DNA from: Macrostomum lignano
Lineage: Eukaryota
Reading direction: 5' to 3'
Assembly (NCBI GenBank): GCA_002269645.1
Contig: NIVC01001672.1
Location: forward strand, 119,428 to 183,427
DNA length: 64,000 nucleotides
Below, piece after piece: positions 26,454 through 62,984 of the stretch. A model generated the notes under the pieces. It searched no databases and was not told where the DNA came from. It saw only the letters and a program-made list of their open reading frames with translations. A program made the position numbers and the translations under genes. Every line of letters starts with the position of its first letter. Position 1 is the stretch's first letter.

Positions 26454-27158
26454 CTTAATTCCCTGTGAATTACCTTGTGACCTTGTCGATCGACTTGTTT
26501 CTCGTTCGTAGTCGGTCTTGCAACGGCAAAAACAGAAGTTCAATTTCAGATTTTAGCTTACGGTCAGCCAACGATGTGCAGGCCCGATTGCAGCTATAAA
26601 TATAGTTGGCTTTCTGCTGCAGTATTTATCATGCTCTGCATCTTTTTGCTAAGTAGGTGGCTTACAATTTGTTTAAAGCTTGTTCTACATTTCTAAACAG
26701 CTTTTGCGCACATTCTTAAAGGCTAAGAATTAACACATTATTTACATTAGACTATCCTATGTTGAATACACAATTAAATCTTGAACTGTGCGTACATTTA
26801 GGCATGTGGTGTAGCTACATAGCTGACTTACGGGGCGCCAGCTATAGAACAGAATATAGAGTTCCCAAAGACAGTGAGACTGCTCATGCTTAACTGCTGG
26901 AAGCTGGCTGTTTCTTGTCATACAGTGTATGGAGTGGAGTGACTGCCACAGGAGAATCTCGGTTGAAAAAATATCGGGTCGGGCAATACGCCTGATAGCA
27001 CGCTTTCAAATTCCCTTTGTTGAGCCTTGGCACTGGCAGCTCCAGCAATCCCCCCCCCCTGAGGCTGAGCCTGACTATTTTTTTAATGCGAATTATTTTT
27101 AGACATTTTTAGAACTTACAAAGTATAAGTAACTGTTTCCTGTACTCCGCTGTCAGCC

Positions 27159-27230
27159 TCCTCGATAGTATAGTGGTCAGTATCTCCGCCTGTCACGTGG
27201 AAGGCCCGGGTTCGATTCCCGGTCGGGGAG
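27159..27230 (+). tRNA. trnD-GUC: tRNA-Asp (anticodon GTC)
   Basis: 72-nt cloverleaf TCCTCGATAGTATAGTGG...TCCGC-CT-GTC-AC-GTGGA...GGTTCGATTCCC...TCGGGGAG with paired acceptor and anticodon stems, intact A and B boxes, and an oligo-T terminator from 27235. Confidence 0.95.
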
Positions 27231-28360
27231 TAAATTTTTTGAGGCCATAGGCATTTGGTATCGGTATCGACGAACATTTTTTCAAAAAACTTTTATAATC
27301 TTTGAACACTTCAAAATGAATTTGTTGGCTATTACTTTCCATAAAACTTTGTAAGAAAATTTCCTTTTGCAATTGCCATATGGTTCAGCAATATCAAAAA
27401 TTGTAAAAATAGTGCTTAGAGCAATGTTCAAATGGCTGAATATCAATAGTACTCGTAAAGAAGTACAAAAAATGAAACCAGTCATTAAAATTTTAAATTC
27501 AGCCCACTATCTGTATCTGTTGGTTTTTGGTTGGGTTTGCTAATATTGAAACGCCGATATGTATAGTAGTGTACTTTCCGGGGCGAAATTTCACAATCTA
27601 GTTAGGTGCCTAAAATTGCTTTAAAATCTGCCTTGAAATGCAGCAGTAAATTTTTGTCTCTTTTGTGTAAGAAGATAAGCATTATTTTCTGTCCATGTGA
27701 GACTATATGTACGTGAAATTAGAAGCTGAATTTTGTTTAATAATTTTTAAGCCTAAAAGGGTTTAACCTTTAAACCTACTGCTTTTTGCGGCAAGTAGTA
27801 AAGTTAGCGTTTTAGCGTTTTATTATAAAACCGTTTACTGCTTAAAAACAAATACTGCTTGCTCATTCCACAGATACTATATTATTATAGTACCTGTGGC
27901 TCATCCATGCGAAGCAATTGCAATTTCAGAGCATTTTGAATATCGCGACCCGTACAAGCACGATAAGTTCCTAAATGCAACAGGAATTTTAGCAGTCTGA
28001 CAAACTATGAAAGAAAGATGTAAATAATCCAACCAAATTAGATCGGATAGAGCATTGCCCTGATCACCGCCTCGAATTCGGCTAACCTTGTCCTTGTCTT
28101 ATATGTGGTCTACCACCCGAATTTCTTATTTTTATATCGCTGATTTCGATCAGAAGCAAAAATATGACTTTCAACCCTTTAAAGCCTCTTATACACAAAG
28201 CATTTATAGACGATATGTTCTGCACTCTGCATATAGAGCTGGACAGAAGCTGCAAGCGGTTGAAGAAAACAGTCAAGTACGCCCGTCAGCGTCTACAGTG
28301 CAGTCCACTGGCTGTTTACACTGCATGTCATCCAACCCTGTTTACTTTCTCATACAACTA

Positions 28361-28661
28361 ACACACACACACACACACACACACCCTCCGTTGACATTTT
28401 CAGTTCGCACGGCCTCCGCGCGGCTCTTCTCTTTCTTCATGTCATGATAGGCATTGATGTGCCAAAATCGTAATAAAATAATGTACAATTTTCAAGGCAG
28501 CTTATTACACACGAATATGAAGCTGTCATAAATTGACAATATCAGACGGACAATCAAGCTAGTTGGACAAAAGTTGTTTGGGTTGGTTGTGTGTGTGAGG
28601 CTTGCAATCTGAGAAGGCCTCATCCACCGTAGCTGTATGGGCACGCCGAAGATGCAGAGAG

Positions 28662-28728
<67 letters not shown>
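28361..28728. repeat. (CA)n at 28361-28384 and (GA)n at 28662-28728
   Basis: Dinucleotide microsatellites. Confidence 0.95.
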
Positions 28729-28730
<2 letters not shown>

Positions 28731-29339
28731 GGCAGGGGTTCCAGCTCATACTTTTCTGTTGAAAAAAAACTGCTTGGGCAGTTTTGAAGTGGGGGAGGGG
28801 TGGAGAACCAGACTGAAAATTGACTGGAGGCAGCAGCAGCAGCAGGCTGGGCGAGGGTGGGTGAGGAGGCTGCAGAGCGAGAAGCATTGTACTTGGTAGC
28901 CCTGTGGCCATAATTTAGTAAATAAGCCAATCACATCACAGCGCGTGTATAGGTGAGGCAGCGACTTTAGTCTTGAAGGAAACTGCGTAGCAGACAGAGG
29001 CTTCTTTTGGATTGGAGAGCAAGGTTTCTGCATTGAGGCAGAGTGCACTTACCTCATGCTTCACGAACTCTCCGCCTATTATAGAGTGTAAATGTACATT
29101 TTTAATGCCGAGAGCCTTGGGTTGGCTGGCTGCTGTTGAACAAAAGCACCGGCCAAATTAGCCTCGCCCAGGTGAAACTGTAACCACGGAGGGCCGCACA
29201 GGGCAGCAGAGCAGACATACTGGATATCGCTGTATACACCCCACTTTTCCGCTACTAAATTTATTACAGAGAAAGTCTTATTATCTGACTTGAACTCGAA
29301 CAATAGGCAGAGGTAATCCATACTTCCATAGCTCGGACA

Positions 29340-30416
29340 ATGAGCGAAAACGTCAGCCTCATGGTGTCTGCTCAGCCGAAGCTGCCAGAAGGGCAGCAGC
29401 CACAGCAGCAGCAGCAGCAGCAGCAGCCGCTGAGCAGTGCACAGAAGCCTCGACCGTTAGGCCGAGTCCGAGTCCAGGGCCAGAGGGCGAACGGTCAGCC
29501 GAGAAAGTCCGAGGACTTCAGCGTCCAAGGCGAGGCATTTAGCGCGGTGGAAAAGCAGCAGAGCAGCAGCACCGGCAGCCTGCCGCCCATCACTAGCGGC
29601 CAGCAGACGCCGCAGCACCAGCGCCAGTCCAGCATCCAATCGACGTCGTCCAGCAGTCCAACTAGCGACGCCTTTAGGCTAACCCGGCTGCAACAGCGCG
29701 AGCAGGAGCTGCTGAAGAAGCTGCAGGACGCGGCCGCCCGAGAGAAGCTGCTCAAAGAACAAGTCGACAAGCTGGAGAAGATGCTAGGGACGGCGCAGAA
29801 GCTGCTGGACGATGAGAGAAAGGCGAGACAGGGTGTTGAGGCGCAACTGGCCGACTCGTCAGACAGCGGCGACAAATACCGCCTGCTGTACGAGGAAGAG
29901 TGCCGAGCTCACCAGGCCACAGCGCAGCGAATTGAGCAGCTGCAGGAGCTGCACAGGGAGGAGACGGCCAGACTGATGCAGCAGCTGGACAGTCTGAAAG
30001 ATCAGTTGAAGCAGACCGAGTCGCGGCACGAGGACGAGCTAGCGAAGCTGCACCGGGAGCATCAGCAGGCTCTGTCCGATCGGGACAAACGAATCGACAA
30101 TCTCAAGCGCCAGGTGGCCGGCGCGCTGGGCACGAATTCGCACGAGCGACAGTCGCAAATTGATCAGCTGAACAAAGAGCTGCAGAAGATGGTCCACGAA
30201 GTTGAAACACTTCGACGACGGACTGGGGGCGGCGGCTGTCAGCAGTGCCCGACCAAGGACGCGGCGATGCGGGACCAGGGCGAGCAGATCCGACAGCTGG
30301 GCGCGATTTGCCAACGGTTCCGAGGCCAGCTGAGTGAACAGGAGCAGATGCTCATCATGCTGCTTGGAAGCAAAACTTCCACCGGGGCTGCTGGGGTTTC
30401 AAAAGCTAAGCAATGA
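29340..30416 (+). CDS. Intronless coiled-coil protein, 358 aa, with Q/S-rich N-terminus; family not recognised
   Basis: Long ORF with the same GC3-rich codon usage as Hsp70 and myosin; heptad-like E/Q/K/L/R-rich C-terminal two-thirds; acceptor-like TTCCATAG 8 nt before the ATG. Confidence 0.8.
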   Translation: MSENVSLMVSAQPKLPEGQQPQQQQQQQQPLSSAQKPRPLGRVRVQGQRANGQPRKSEDFSVQGEAFSAVEKQQSSSTGSLPPITSGQQTPQHQRQSSIQSTSSSSPTSDAFRLTRLQQREQELLKKLQDAAAREKLLKEQVDKLEKMLGTAQKLLDDERKARQGVEAQLADSSDSGDKYRLLYEEECRAHQATAQRIEQLQELHREETARLMQQLDSLKDQLKQTESRHEDELAKLHREHQQALSDRDKRIDNLKRQVAGALGTNSHERQSQIDQLNKELQKMVHEVETLRRRTGGGGCQQCPTKDAAMRDQGEQIRQLGAICQRFRGQLSEQEQMLIMLLGSKTSTGAAGVSKAKQ

Positions 30417-30516
30417 TTTTTGCTAATTCTCCAGTGTTTTGTCATGCTAAATTAGGTGAGCTTGTTGTTAGCTCTGGCGCCATAGCAACCGAGTTTGAAA
30501 TACGCTACACTAGACG

Positions 30517-30698
30517 TTCTTAGAAACGAGCCGGAGGTCGGTAAGAGCACGCATAGCGCTGAATGGGGGTTTTGCCATAGACAAGTTCAGTTGGGAAAAA
30601 CCGTTTTAAATAAATGATATTTCTCTAGAGCATAAGTACATGCACCGGCGATGCGAAAAGTACACGTTCCTGACCGACCTCCACCTGATTTCTAAGAA
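30517..30698. mobile_element. Possible small MITE with imperfect TIRs
   Basis: TTCTTAGAAA...GGAGGTCGGT versus ACCGACCTCC...TTTCTAAGAA; no clear TSD. Confidence 0.35.
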
Positions 30699-31584
30699 AA
30701 ATCGATTTTAGCGTCCTACTTCAGTTGATTAATTTCTGTCGCCTTAGAGTATTTTTAGAGTCATTTTATACTTTGTCTATGGTAAAAACCCATTTCACTG
30801 ATGCATCTGCGAACATGTACTCTGTTCGCTTCCCAATATGCTGCTCATTTATCAACCAATGTTTCAACAGAGATACTTTTGTTCAATTAATCTTCTTGCC
30901 TTCATTTCTGTGCACCGAAATCGAAGTGATAATTCACATTTTACTTCAAGTTGCTCTCTTTGCTGCTTGTCTTCCGTTATGCTAAAATTTTCTATGTAAA
31001 ACCTGACGTTTCCTGCAACTCGTGTGCATGCATGTATATGACAAAATGTTAACTCATGACCTTGTTCAATCAATCACTCAATGCTCTGGCCCTCCAACTT
31101 CTGTCAGATGGCCAGCCCCAAGGTAACCTATAGATGAAGTAAGCAGCTGGGTCCTGTAGCTATAAAGAGAGGGCAGCGAGAGACAAACAGGAAGATTTTT
31201 AATTCTGAGTTCAAAATGATTCAGATCGCGAACAAGCTATACGAGCTACTCTTAGTATTAAATGGTGGATTTCTGCTTCGAAAAGTTGAGAACATGAAAA
31301 GTCATGCAAGTGCAGAACAAAAATCAGACTTCGGGGAGGCAGTTCAAAAAGTAAGGATAATTTTGTTCTCACAAGTGTCAAACTTCAAATCACCCAGACC
31401 GACCTTCAGGGTCGTGCAATGTTATAGTGGAACACGTCGATTCTGATTGGCTGAGCCTACACTGAATTTGTTAAAATGCTACCTAGACCCGAAACGCCAA
31501 ATTATCCTACCAGGCTCACCTCTAATAATAAAATAAGTATTTCTTGGTATTGTAAGGGTGCATGTAACTTTATAGGTTGGGAAA

Positions 31585-32326
31585 CAGATAGTGACAGTCA
31601 GATAGTGTCAGTCAGATAGTGGCAGTCAGATAGAGTCAGTGTCAGTCAGATGTCAGAGTCAGTGTCAATCAGTGTCAGTCAGTCAGACTAGTGTCAGTCA
31701 GATGGTAGTCAGATAGTGGCAGTCAGATAGTGGCAGTCAGATAGTGGCAGTCAGATAGTGTCAGTCAGATAGTGGCAGTCAGATAGTGGCAGTCAAATAG
31801 TGGCAGTCAGATAGTGGCAGTCAGATATAGTGTCAGTCAGATGGTAGTCAGATAGTGGCAGTCAGATATAGTGTCAGTCAGATGGTAGTCAGATAGTGGC
31901 AGTCAGATAGTGGCAGTCAGATAGATGGCAGTCAGATAGTGGTAGTCAGATAGTGGCAGTCAGATAGTGGCAGTCAGATGGCAGTCAGATAGTGTCAGTC
32001 AGATAGTGGCAGTCAGATAGTGGCAGTCAGATAGTGGCACTCAGATAGATGGCAGTCAGATAGTGGCACTCAGATAGATGGCAGTCAGATAGTGGCAGTC
32101 AGATAGTGGCAGTCAGATAGTGGCACTCAGATAGATGTCAGTCAGATAGTGGCAGTCAGATAGTGGCAGTCAGATAGTGGCACTCAGATAGATGGCAGTC
32201 AGATAGTGGCAGTCAGATAGTGGCACTCAGATAGATGGCAGTCAGATAGTGGCACTCAGATAGATGGCAGTCAGATAGTGGCAGTCAGATAGTGGCAGTC
32301 AGATAGTGGCACTCAGATAGATGGCA
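31585..32326. repeat. 14-bp minisatellite (CAGTCAGATAGTGG)
   Basis: Tandem periodicity. Confidence 0.95.
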
Positions 32327-33676
32327 GCGTTATCTTTTTTAAATCCCCTCCGTGACGCTCAAATAAATTGCGGAACAGTGAACTGTGTAGCCAGGGTCAT
32401 TGAGTAGTCCGAGATTGAACGAATTCACGACAACATCATTCTATAGAATGAAATCGGAGTCCAGAGATCGGATGTCTCATCACCGCAACAATTCCGCTGC
32501 TCGCGCGCACACTGCGAGGTACATGCAAGAGCATGCCAGAAGTTCGGGAAACTCAAGCACTTTGGCAAGTTGTTTAAAAGTGCAAGTAGCCATTCCAGTA
32601 TTACATGTAAATGTAAATGCACATGTGTTCGAGGCTAAGCGTCAGCAGAGCGTCCGTCTGCTCCAAAATGGCATCTCTTTGCTTCTTGGCCGCTTGAAGC
32701 TGGATCCAGACAATTTTTTTTCCTCTGAGTTGCCAATTAACATTTTGAGAGAAGAAGAGGTTTGGAGTGGTGTGTCCGTGAATGGTGCCAAGCTGCTGTT
32801 TGACAATGTTAAGGACATTGTCGTTGTACTCGCCACATTCTCTGTTGCCTTCAATTTGCAGCACGTGCCTTCTTCTCTAGAGGCATTTCTGGGGTATTCG
32901 AAGTTATTTCTAAGTTGCGTCGGCGTGATGCCATTTCTCGGGAGTCTGCGCCATCGCTAGTAGCAGGCTTTCGTTAGATGTGGTGCACTTGACACTCTTA
33001 AAGTAGCAGTTGAACACATACAATCTTGTCGTCGACAAAGCTGTTAAAATTAAAATAAAAAAATAAACAAATCAACGTAATAATAATTCTTATTAATTTT
33101 TAATTAATACATCATTTCTAATTCAGCATCTCTGAAAAAATCATGCATTTAAGAATAAAGAATTCGTTTTGCCTTAAATTATTTTTTATGCTATATTCGT
33201 AACTCATAAGGGAAAATTAATGGCTGGGCTGGACCTCCGTACGGACCTTATATTGGACCTTAACATCCGGACCTTTACAAACATCCGGACCTTTAGAGGT
33301 CCGTATATAGTGACGGTGCGGACCTTTGCGTGCGGACCATCTGTGGGCCTTTTTGGGACCTATCGTTCAATCATCATAATCATAATCATAATCATAATCA
33401 TAATCATTCATAATCATCGTTATACCTCACACTTGGTGTGAGGTGAAGAGTTGAGTGCAAGAGTTGAGCATCAACGTTGCTTTCCCAGCCAAAGTTTGAC
33501 AAGGCCCCAAGGGCTCGGAAAAGTCCTTGCAAAGGCTTCATGCATGATTTCCTAGGCTAAATTAAAGATTGACAGATTCATCACCCGTTGTTCAATTCGA
33601 AACGGGTTTCAAATAAAATTGGCCATCTTGTAACTGGCCTGGCATAATGCAGCGGGTTGAGAAGCATAACGTGAAG

Positions 33677-33752
33677 TACTACCGGCCATACCACGTTGAA
33701 AACACCGGTTCTCGTCTGATAACCGAAGTTTAGCAACGTTGGGTTCGGTACT
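33677..33752 (+). pseudogene. 3'-truncated 5S rRNA fragment (pseudogene or SINE3-type head)
   Basis: CGGCCATACCACGTTGAAAACACCGGTTCTCGTCTGATAACCGAAGTTTAGCAACGTTGGG matches roughly the first 75 nt of eukaryotic 5S rRNA; box C and the 3' end are absent. Confidence 0.85.
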
Positions 33753-34036
33753 CGCAGATTTCTAAAATCAATCTAATCAATAAAATCAATAAATAAATAT
33801 GATCTAATAAATAAAATCAATCAATTAAAATCTACAGACTTAATCGTTTCAGCATGTAAATATTGAATAACAGAATGAATTATTCGGTACTAAAACGATC
33901 AATGTTCCCATTTTCTACAATTTCTTTATTTTACAATTGTGAATGTTTTTAAAAAATATACGTTCCACGTTTGCTACTCTCTACTGAAAGTAGGCAACTT
34001 AGACGCAACCGTTAAAATTTGTCAGGCAATCCTTTT

Positions 34037-34131
34037 TTCGAGAAATTTCCAGAACGAGCTAAAAATAGCTCGCGGCGCATTCGCGGAGGATGGTGCGGGA
34101 AACTTCTAGAAACGGGCCGGAGTCTATAAAA
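34037..34131 (+). promoter_or_regulatory. Hsp70 promoter: heat-shock elements at 34037-34054 (TTCgaGAAatTTCcaGAA) and 34099-34111 (GAAacTTCtaGAA); TATA box 34125-34131
   Basis: Perfect alternating nGAAn arrays (4 and 3 units) upstream of TATAAAA. Confidence 0.9.
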
Positions 34132-34286
34132 GAGAAGCACCCGGCCCAGAATTGGAGGCAAGAAGAAATCGGATCGCAAGCCGAACGAAACGAACAGCAA
34201 AGCCAAGCAAGCCATCAAGGCAACTGACGCATCAGCCTACGCTACTACTCGTATATCAAGCAAGTGTGAGTTAATCGATCGACAAC

Positions 34287-36203
34287 ATGGGTAAGAGCAA
34301 CAACGGACCTGCAATCGGCATTGACCTGGGCACCACGTACTCGTGCGTTGGCGTGTTCCAGGCAGGCAAAGTGGAGATCATTGCCAATGACCAGGGCAAC
34401 CGAACCACTCCCAGCTACGTGGCCTTCACGGACACGGAGAGGCTGGTAGGCGACGCTGCAAAGAACCAGGTGGCGATGAATCCGGACAACACTGTGTTTG
34501 ACGCGAAGCGTCTGATCGGACGAAAGTTCGGAGACGAGACTGTGCAGAGCGACATGAAGCTGTGGCCATTCAAGGTGACGAACGACGGAGGCCGACCCAA
34601 GATTGAGGTGCAGTACATGGGCGAGAGGCGCAGCTTCTACCCGGAGGAGATCTCCGCCATGGTTCTCACCAAGATGAAGGAGACGGCGGAGGCCTACCTC
34701 GGCGAGAAGGTGTCTGACGCGGTGATCACGGTGCCGGCCTACTTCAACGACAGTCAGCGACAGGCAACGAAGGATGCCGGGGCGATTGCCGGACTGAACG
34801 TGCTGCGCATCGTGAACGAGCCGACTGCTGCGGCACTGGCCTACGGTCTGGACAAGAACCTGCAGGGTGAGAAGAACATTCTCATCTTTGACCTGGGAGG
34901 CGGCACGTTCGACGTGTCCATCCTGACAGTGTCGGAGGGCAGCATGTTCGAGGTGCGCGCAACCGCCGGCGACACCCACCTCGGCGGCGAGGACTTTGAT
35001 CATCGTCTGGTTGAGCACCTGATGCAAGAGTTCAAGCGCAAGTACCGCAAGGACATGAGCGGCAACGCTCGGGCTGTGAGACGCCTTCGGACTGCGGCTG
35101 AGCGAGCGAAGCGAACGCTGAGCAGCTCGGCACAGGCGAGCATCGAGATTGACTCGCTGTTCGAGGGCATCGACTTTTACACTAGCGTCACCAGGGCTCG
35201 ATTCGAGGAGCTGTGCGCCGACTTGTTTCGCCAGACGATGGAGCCGGTGGAGCGAGCGCTGAGAGACGCCAAGATGGACAAGAGCAACATCAACGAGATC
35301 GTGCTGGTTGGCGGATCAACCCGGATCCCGAGGGTGCAGAAGTTGCTGCAAGAATTCATGGGAGGTCGGACGCTGAACAAGTCGATCAACCCGGACGAGG
35401 CGGTCGCCTACGGAGCTGCCGTGCAGGCTGCGGTGCTGACTGGCGTGAAGGACGACAAGATCGACGACCTGCTGCTGCTGGATGTGGCGCCGCTGTCTCT
35501 CGGCATCGAGACCGCCGGCGGGGTGATGACCAAGATTGTCGAGCGGAACAGCCGCATCCCGACCAAGGCGACGCAGACGTTCACCACCTACTCGGATAAC
35601 CAGAGCGGCGTCACTATTCAGGTGTTCGAGGGCGAGCGAGCATTCACTCGAGACAACCACCTGCTGGGCCGGTTCAATCTGGACAGCATCCCGCCAGCGC
35701 CGCGCGGAGTCCCTCAGATCGAGGTGACCTTCGACGTTGACGCCAACGGAATCCTGGTGGTGTCGGCGAAAGACAAGAGCACCAGCAAGGAGGAGAAGAT
35801 CACGATCACGAACGACAAGGGCCGCCTCTCGAAGGACGAGATCGACAGGATGGTGCGGGATGCGGAGAAGTTCCGCGAGGAGGACGAGCGGCACCGCGAG
35901 CGCCTGGCGGCCCGCAACCAGCTCGAGTCGCTCGCCTTCCAGTACAAGCAGGCTGCCAACGACTGCAAAGACAAGCTGGGCGAGAAGGACTCCGCCGAGG
36001 TGGTGGCCGCCTGCGAGCAAGTGATTTCCTGGCTGGAGAACAACCAGACTGCCGAGAAGGACGAGATCGCCCACCAGCAGCAGCAACTCAGCAGCCGCTG
36101 CTCGTCAATCATGGCCAAGCTTCATCAGCAGCAGCAGCAGTCTGGTCAGCCTCAGCCTGGACATCAGCGAGCCGGAGGACCCACCGTTGAGGAGGTCGAC
36201 TGA
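34287..36203 (+). CDS. HSP70: Cytosolic inducible-type heat shock protein 70, 638 aa, intronless
   Basis: [22 protein letters not shown] and [14 protein letters not shown] signatures; C-terminal GPTVEEVD; AATAAA at 36248. Confidence 0.98.
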   Translation: MGKSNNGPAIGIDLGTTYSCVGVFQAGKVEIIANDQGNRTTPSYVAFTDTERLVGDAAKNQVAMNPDNTVFDAKRLIGRKFGDETVQSDMKLWPFKVTNDGGRPKIEVQYMGERRSFYPEEISAMVLTKMKETAEAYLGEKVSDAVITVPAYFNDSQRQATKDAGAIAGLNVLRIVNEPTAAALAYGLDKNLQGEKNILIFDLGGGTFDVSILTVSEGSMFEVRATAGDTHLGGEDFDHRLVEHLMQEFKRKYRKDMSGNARAVRRLRTAAERAKRTLSSSAQASIEIDSLFEGIDFYTSVTRARFEELCADLFRQTMEPVERALRDAKMDKSNINEIVLVGGSTRIPRVQKLLQEFMGGRTLNKSINPDEAVAYGAAVQAAVLTGVKDDKIDDLLLLDVAPLSLGIETAGGVMTKIVERNSRIPTKATQTFTTYSDNQSGVTIQVFEGERAFTRDNHLLGRFNLDSIPPAPRGVPQIEVTFDVDANGILVVSAKDKSTSKEEKITITNDKGRLSKDEIDRMVRDAEKFREEDERHRERLAARNQLESLAFQYKQAANDCKDKLGEKDSAEVVAACEQVISWLENNQTAEKDEIAHQQQQLSSRCSSIMAKLHQQQQQSGQPQPGHQRAGGPTVEEVD

Positions 36204-37492
36204 GCATCATGTGCGCTATTTCTTCAAGGACGAGTACTTAGCTCTTGAATAAAATTTTTACATTAGTATACATTTGCAATTACATATAATCAATGAGCTA
36301 AGTGCAAGTTTCTTAATTGTCTAATTGCATCCCTTTTCTAAAATTCATGCATAACTTTAGCGCTTGATCGCATATTTTTACATTCATAAGCGCGTTTTGT
36401 ACAGTTTTGCGGATAATTGTTGAATAAACGCGTTGAATTTTATATTAGTAATTTCTTCGTACATAGTCAATTAAATACAAATTGTGTGTTGCATATTATC
36501 GTTTTTTCTATCGTTCATGGACGGACGGGATTAACAATGAATTATTGTCTTGCGTGCAATGCTATTTGCGTGCAATACTACACAAAAATATCAAAGTAAT
36601 TATATATGGTTGCATGTTAAATTAAAAAAATGACAATCTTCACTGCCCCAGATCAGGTGCAATAATTGCTTATGAGATAAAAAATACTTTTTTCCTATCT
36701 CCAAAGTGTTTTTTTTTCCAGGAAATTGGCCTCTCCATGCAAAAATTACAAGATTACTCTCAGTGGTCCTAGAAATAATGTCGTCAAAAATCACCTTCCT
36801 CTGAACTCTGCGTGTACGTACATTGTAAATTGTAAGTAAATGTATGCATACTTTTAGTCGTCCTAGGTTACATAAGATGCAAATGTATAATACTACTCAG
36901 TACGTACAATTTCTGAGATCCCATCATGTTTGGCTCTCCATCTGCTACATGCGCAGTCGTCCAAACATTTACAAGTTTTAAAAAATGTAAGTGTCACCTT
37001 AGTGAAAAGTAGTTCAATTTCGTTTAAAAATATAACTTTGAACGAAAATATTGGTAAAAAACAGTACACACCATGCATAAAATACAGATCGAGACCATGA
37101 TCACCAAATTTGGCGACCATTATAGCTCGGCTTTTCAATTTTAACTTTTAAATGTTCTCAGTTGGGTATAACAAAAAGTACCGTAATATCTTTTGAAATC
37201 AAATGTTTTTCTTTATATACTGTTAGTTAACAGCAAATTTTATTAAGTTCAAAAGTAATTGTCAAGTAAATTGTGTTTTCAAGAAATCTATTTCGTTTTC
37301 TTTGAAAATACAGGTACGGTTGCAGTTTTAAATTATTGACAGTGCGTCACTCTATTGAATTTTTCTAATGCGTTAAGTCATTAACAAAAGCTACAGTCCA
37401 GTGTGTTAGTTTATTTTTGTTGTTGATTGTAGAACTGTACATTGGTGAAAGAATAACCGATAAAACAACGTTTATATTGCGGCCATCGGTCA

Positions 37493-62548
<25,056 letters not shown>

Positions 62549-62709
62549 GTGTGTTAATTGGTTAATTGGTACCATTTCTTATCACATGCACTGTATAATT
62601 GGTCGAGTGGTTGTGGTTTCCTATTGAGACAACTCTGACTGACTTCGTCTGTGCCTTTATGATTGGTTAAGACAGACACTAACACTGTAACTAACTGACG
62701 ACTACATGT

Positions 62710-62980
62710 AAGGCACTAAGACACACTAAGACAGACGCTAAGAGAAACTAGGACAGGCACTAAGAGACACTAAGACAGACACTAAGAGACACTAAGGCAG
62801 ACGCTAAGAGACACTAAGAGACAATAAGGCACACTAATACAGACACTAAGAGACGCTAAGACAGACTCTAAGACAGACACAAAGACAGACACTAGGACAA
62901 ACACTAAGAGAGACACTAAAATACAATAAGGCAAACACTAAGACAGACACTAAGAGACAACAAGGAAGACACCAAGACAG
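62710..62980. repeat. Degenerate repeat of about 10 bp (TAAGAGACAC), myosin intron 19
   Basis: Tandem periodicity. Confidence 0.85.
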
Positions 62981-62984
62981 ACTG

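Noticed and set aside
29079-29321. 80-aa minus-strand ORF head-to-head with the coiled-coil gene
   Set aside because: Only 18 bp separate the two ATGs, no recognisable domain, and it overlaps the probable acceptor region of the coiled-coil gene
30477-30490. RFX X-box-like GGCGCCATAGCAAC
   Set aside because: Only the right half matches well, and it lies just 3' of the coiled-coil gene with no confirmed transcription start nearby
34245-36118. Long antisense ORFs (260, 256 and 134 aa) opposite Hsp70
   Set aside because: A known by-product of GC3-rich Hsp70 codon usage; no independent promoter or domain evidence
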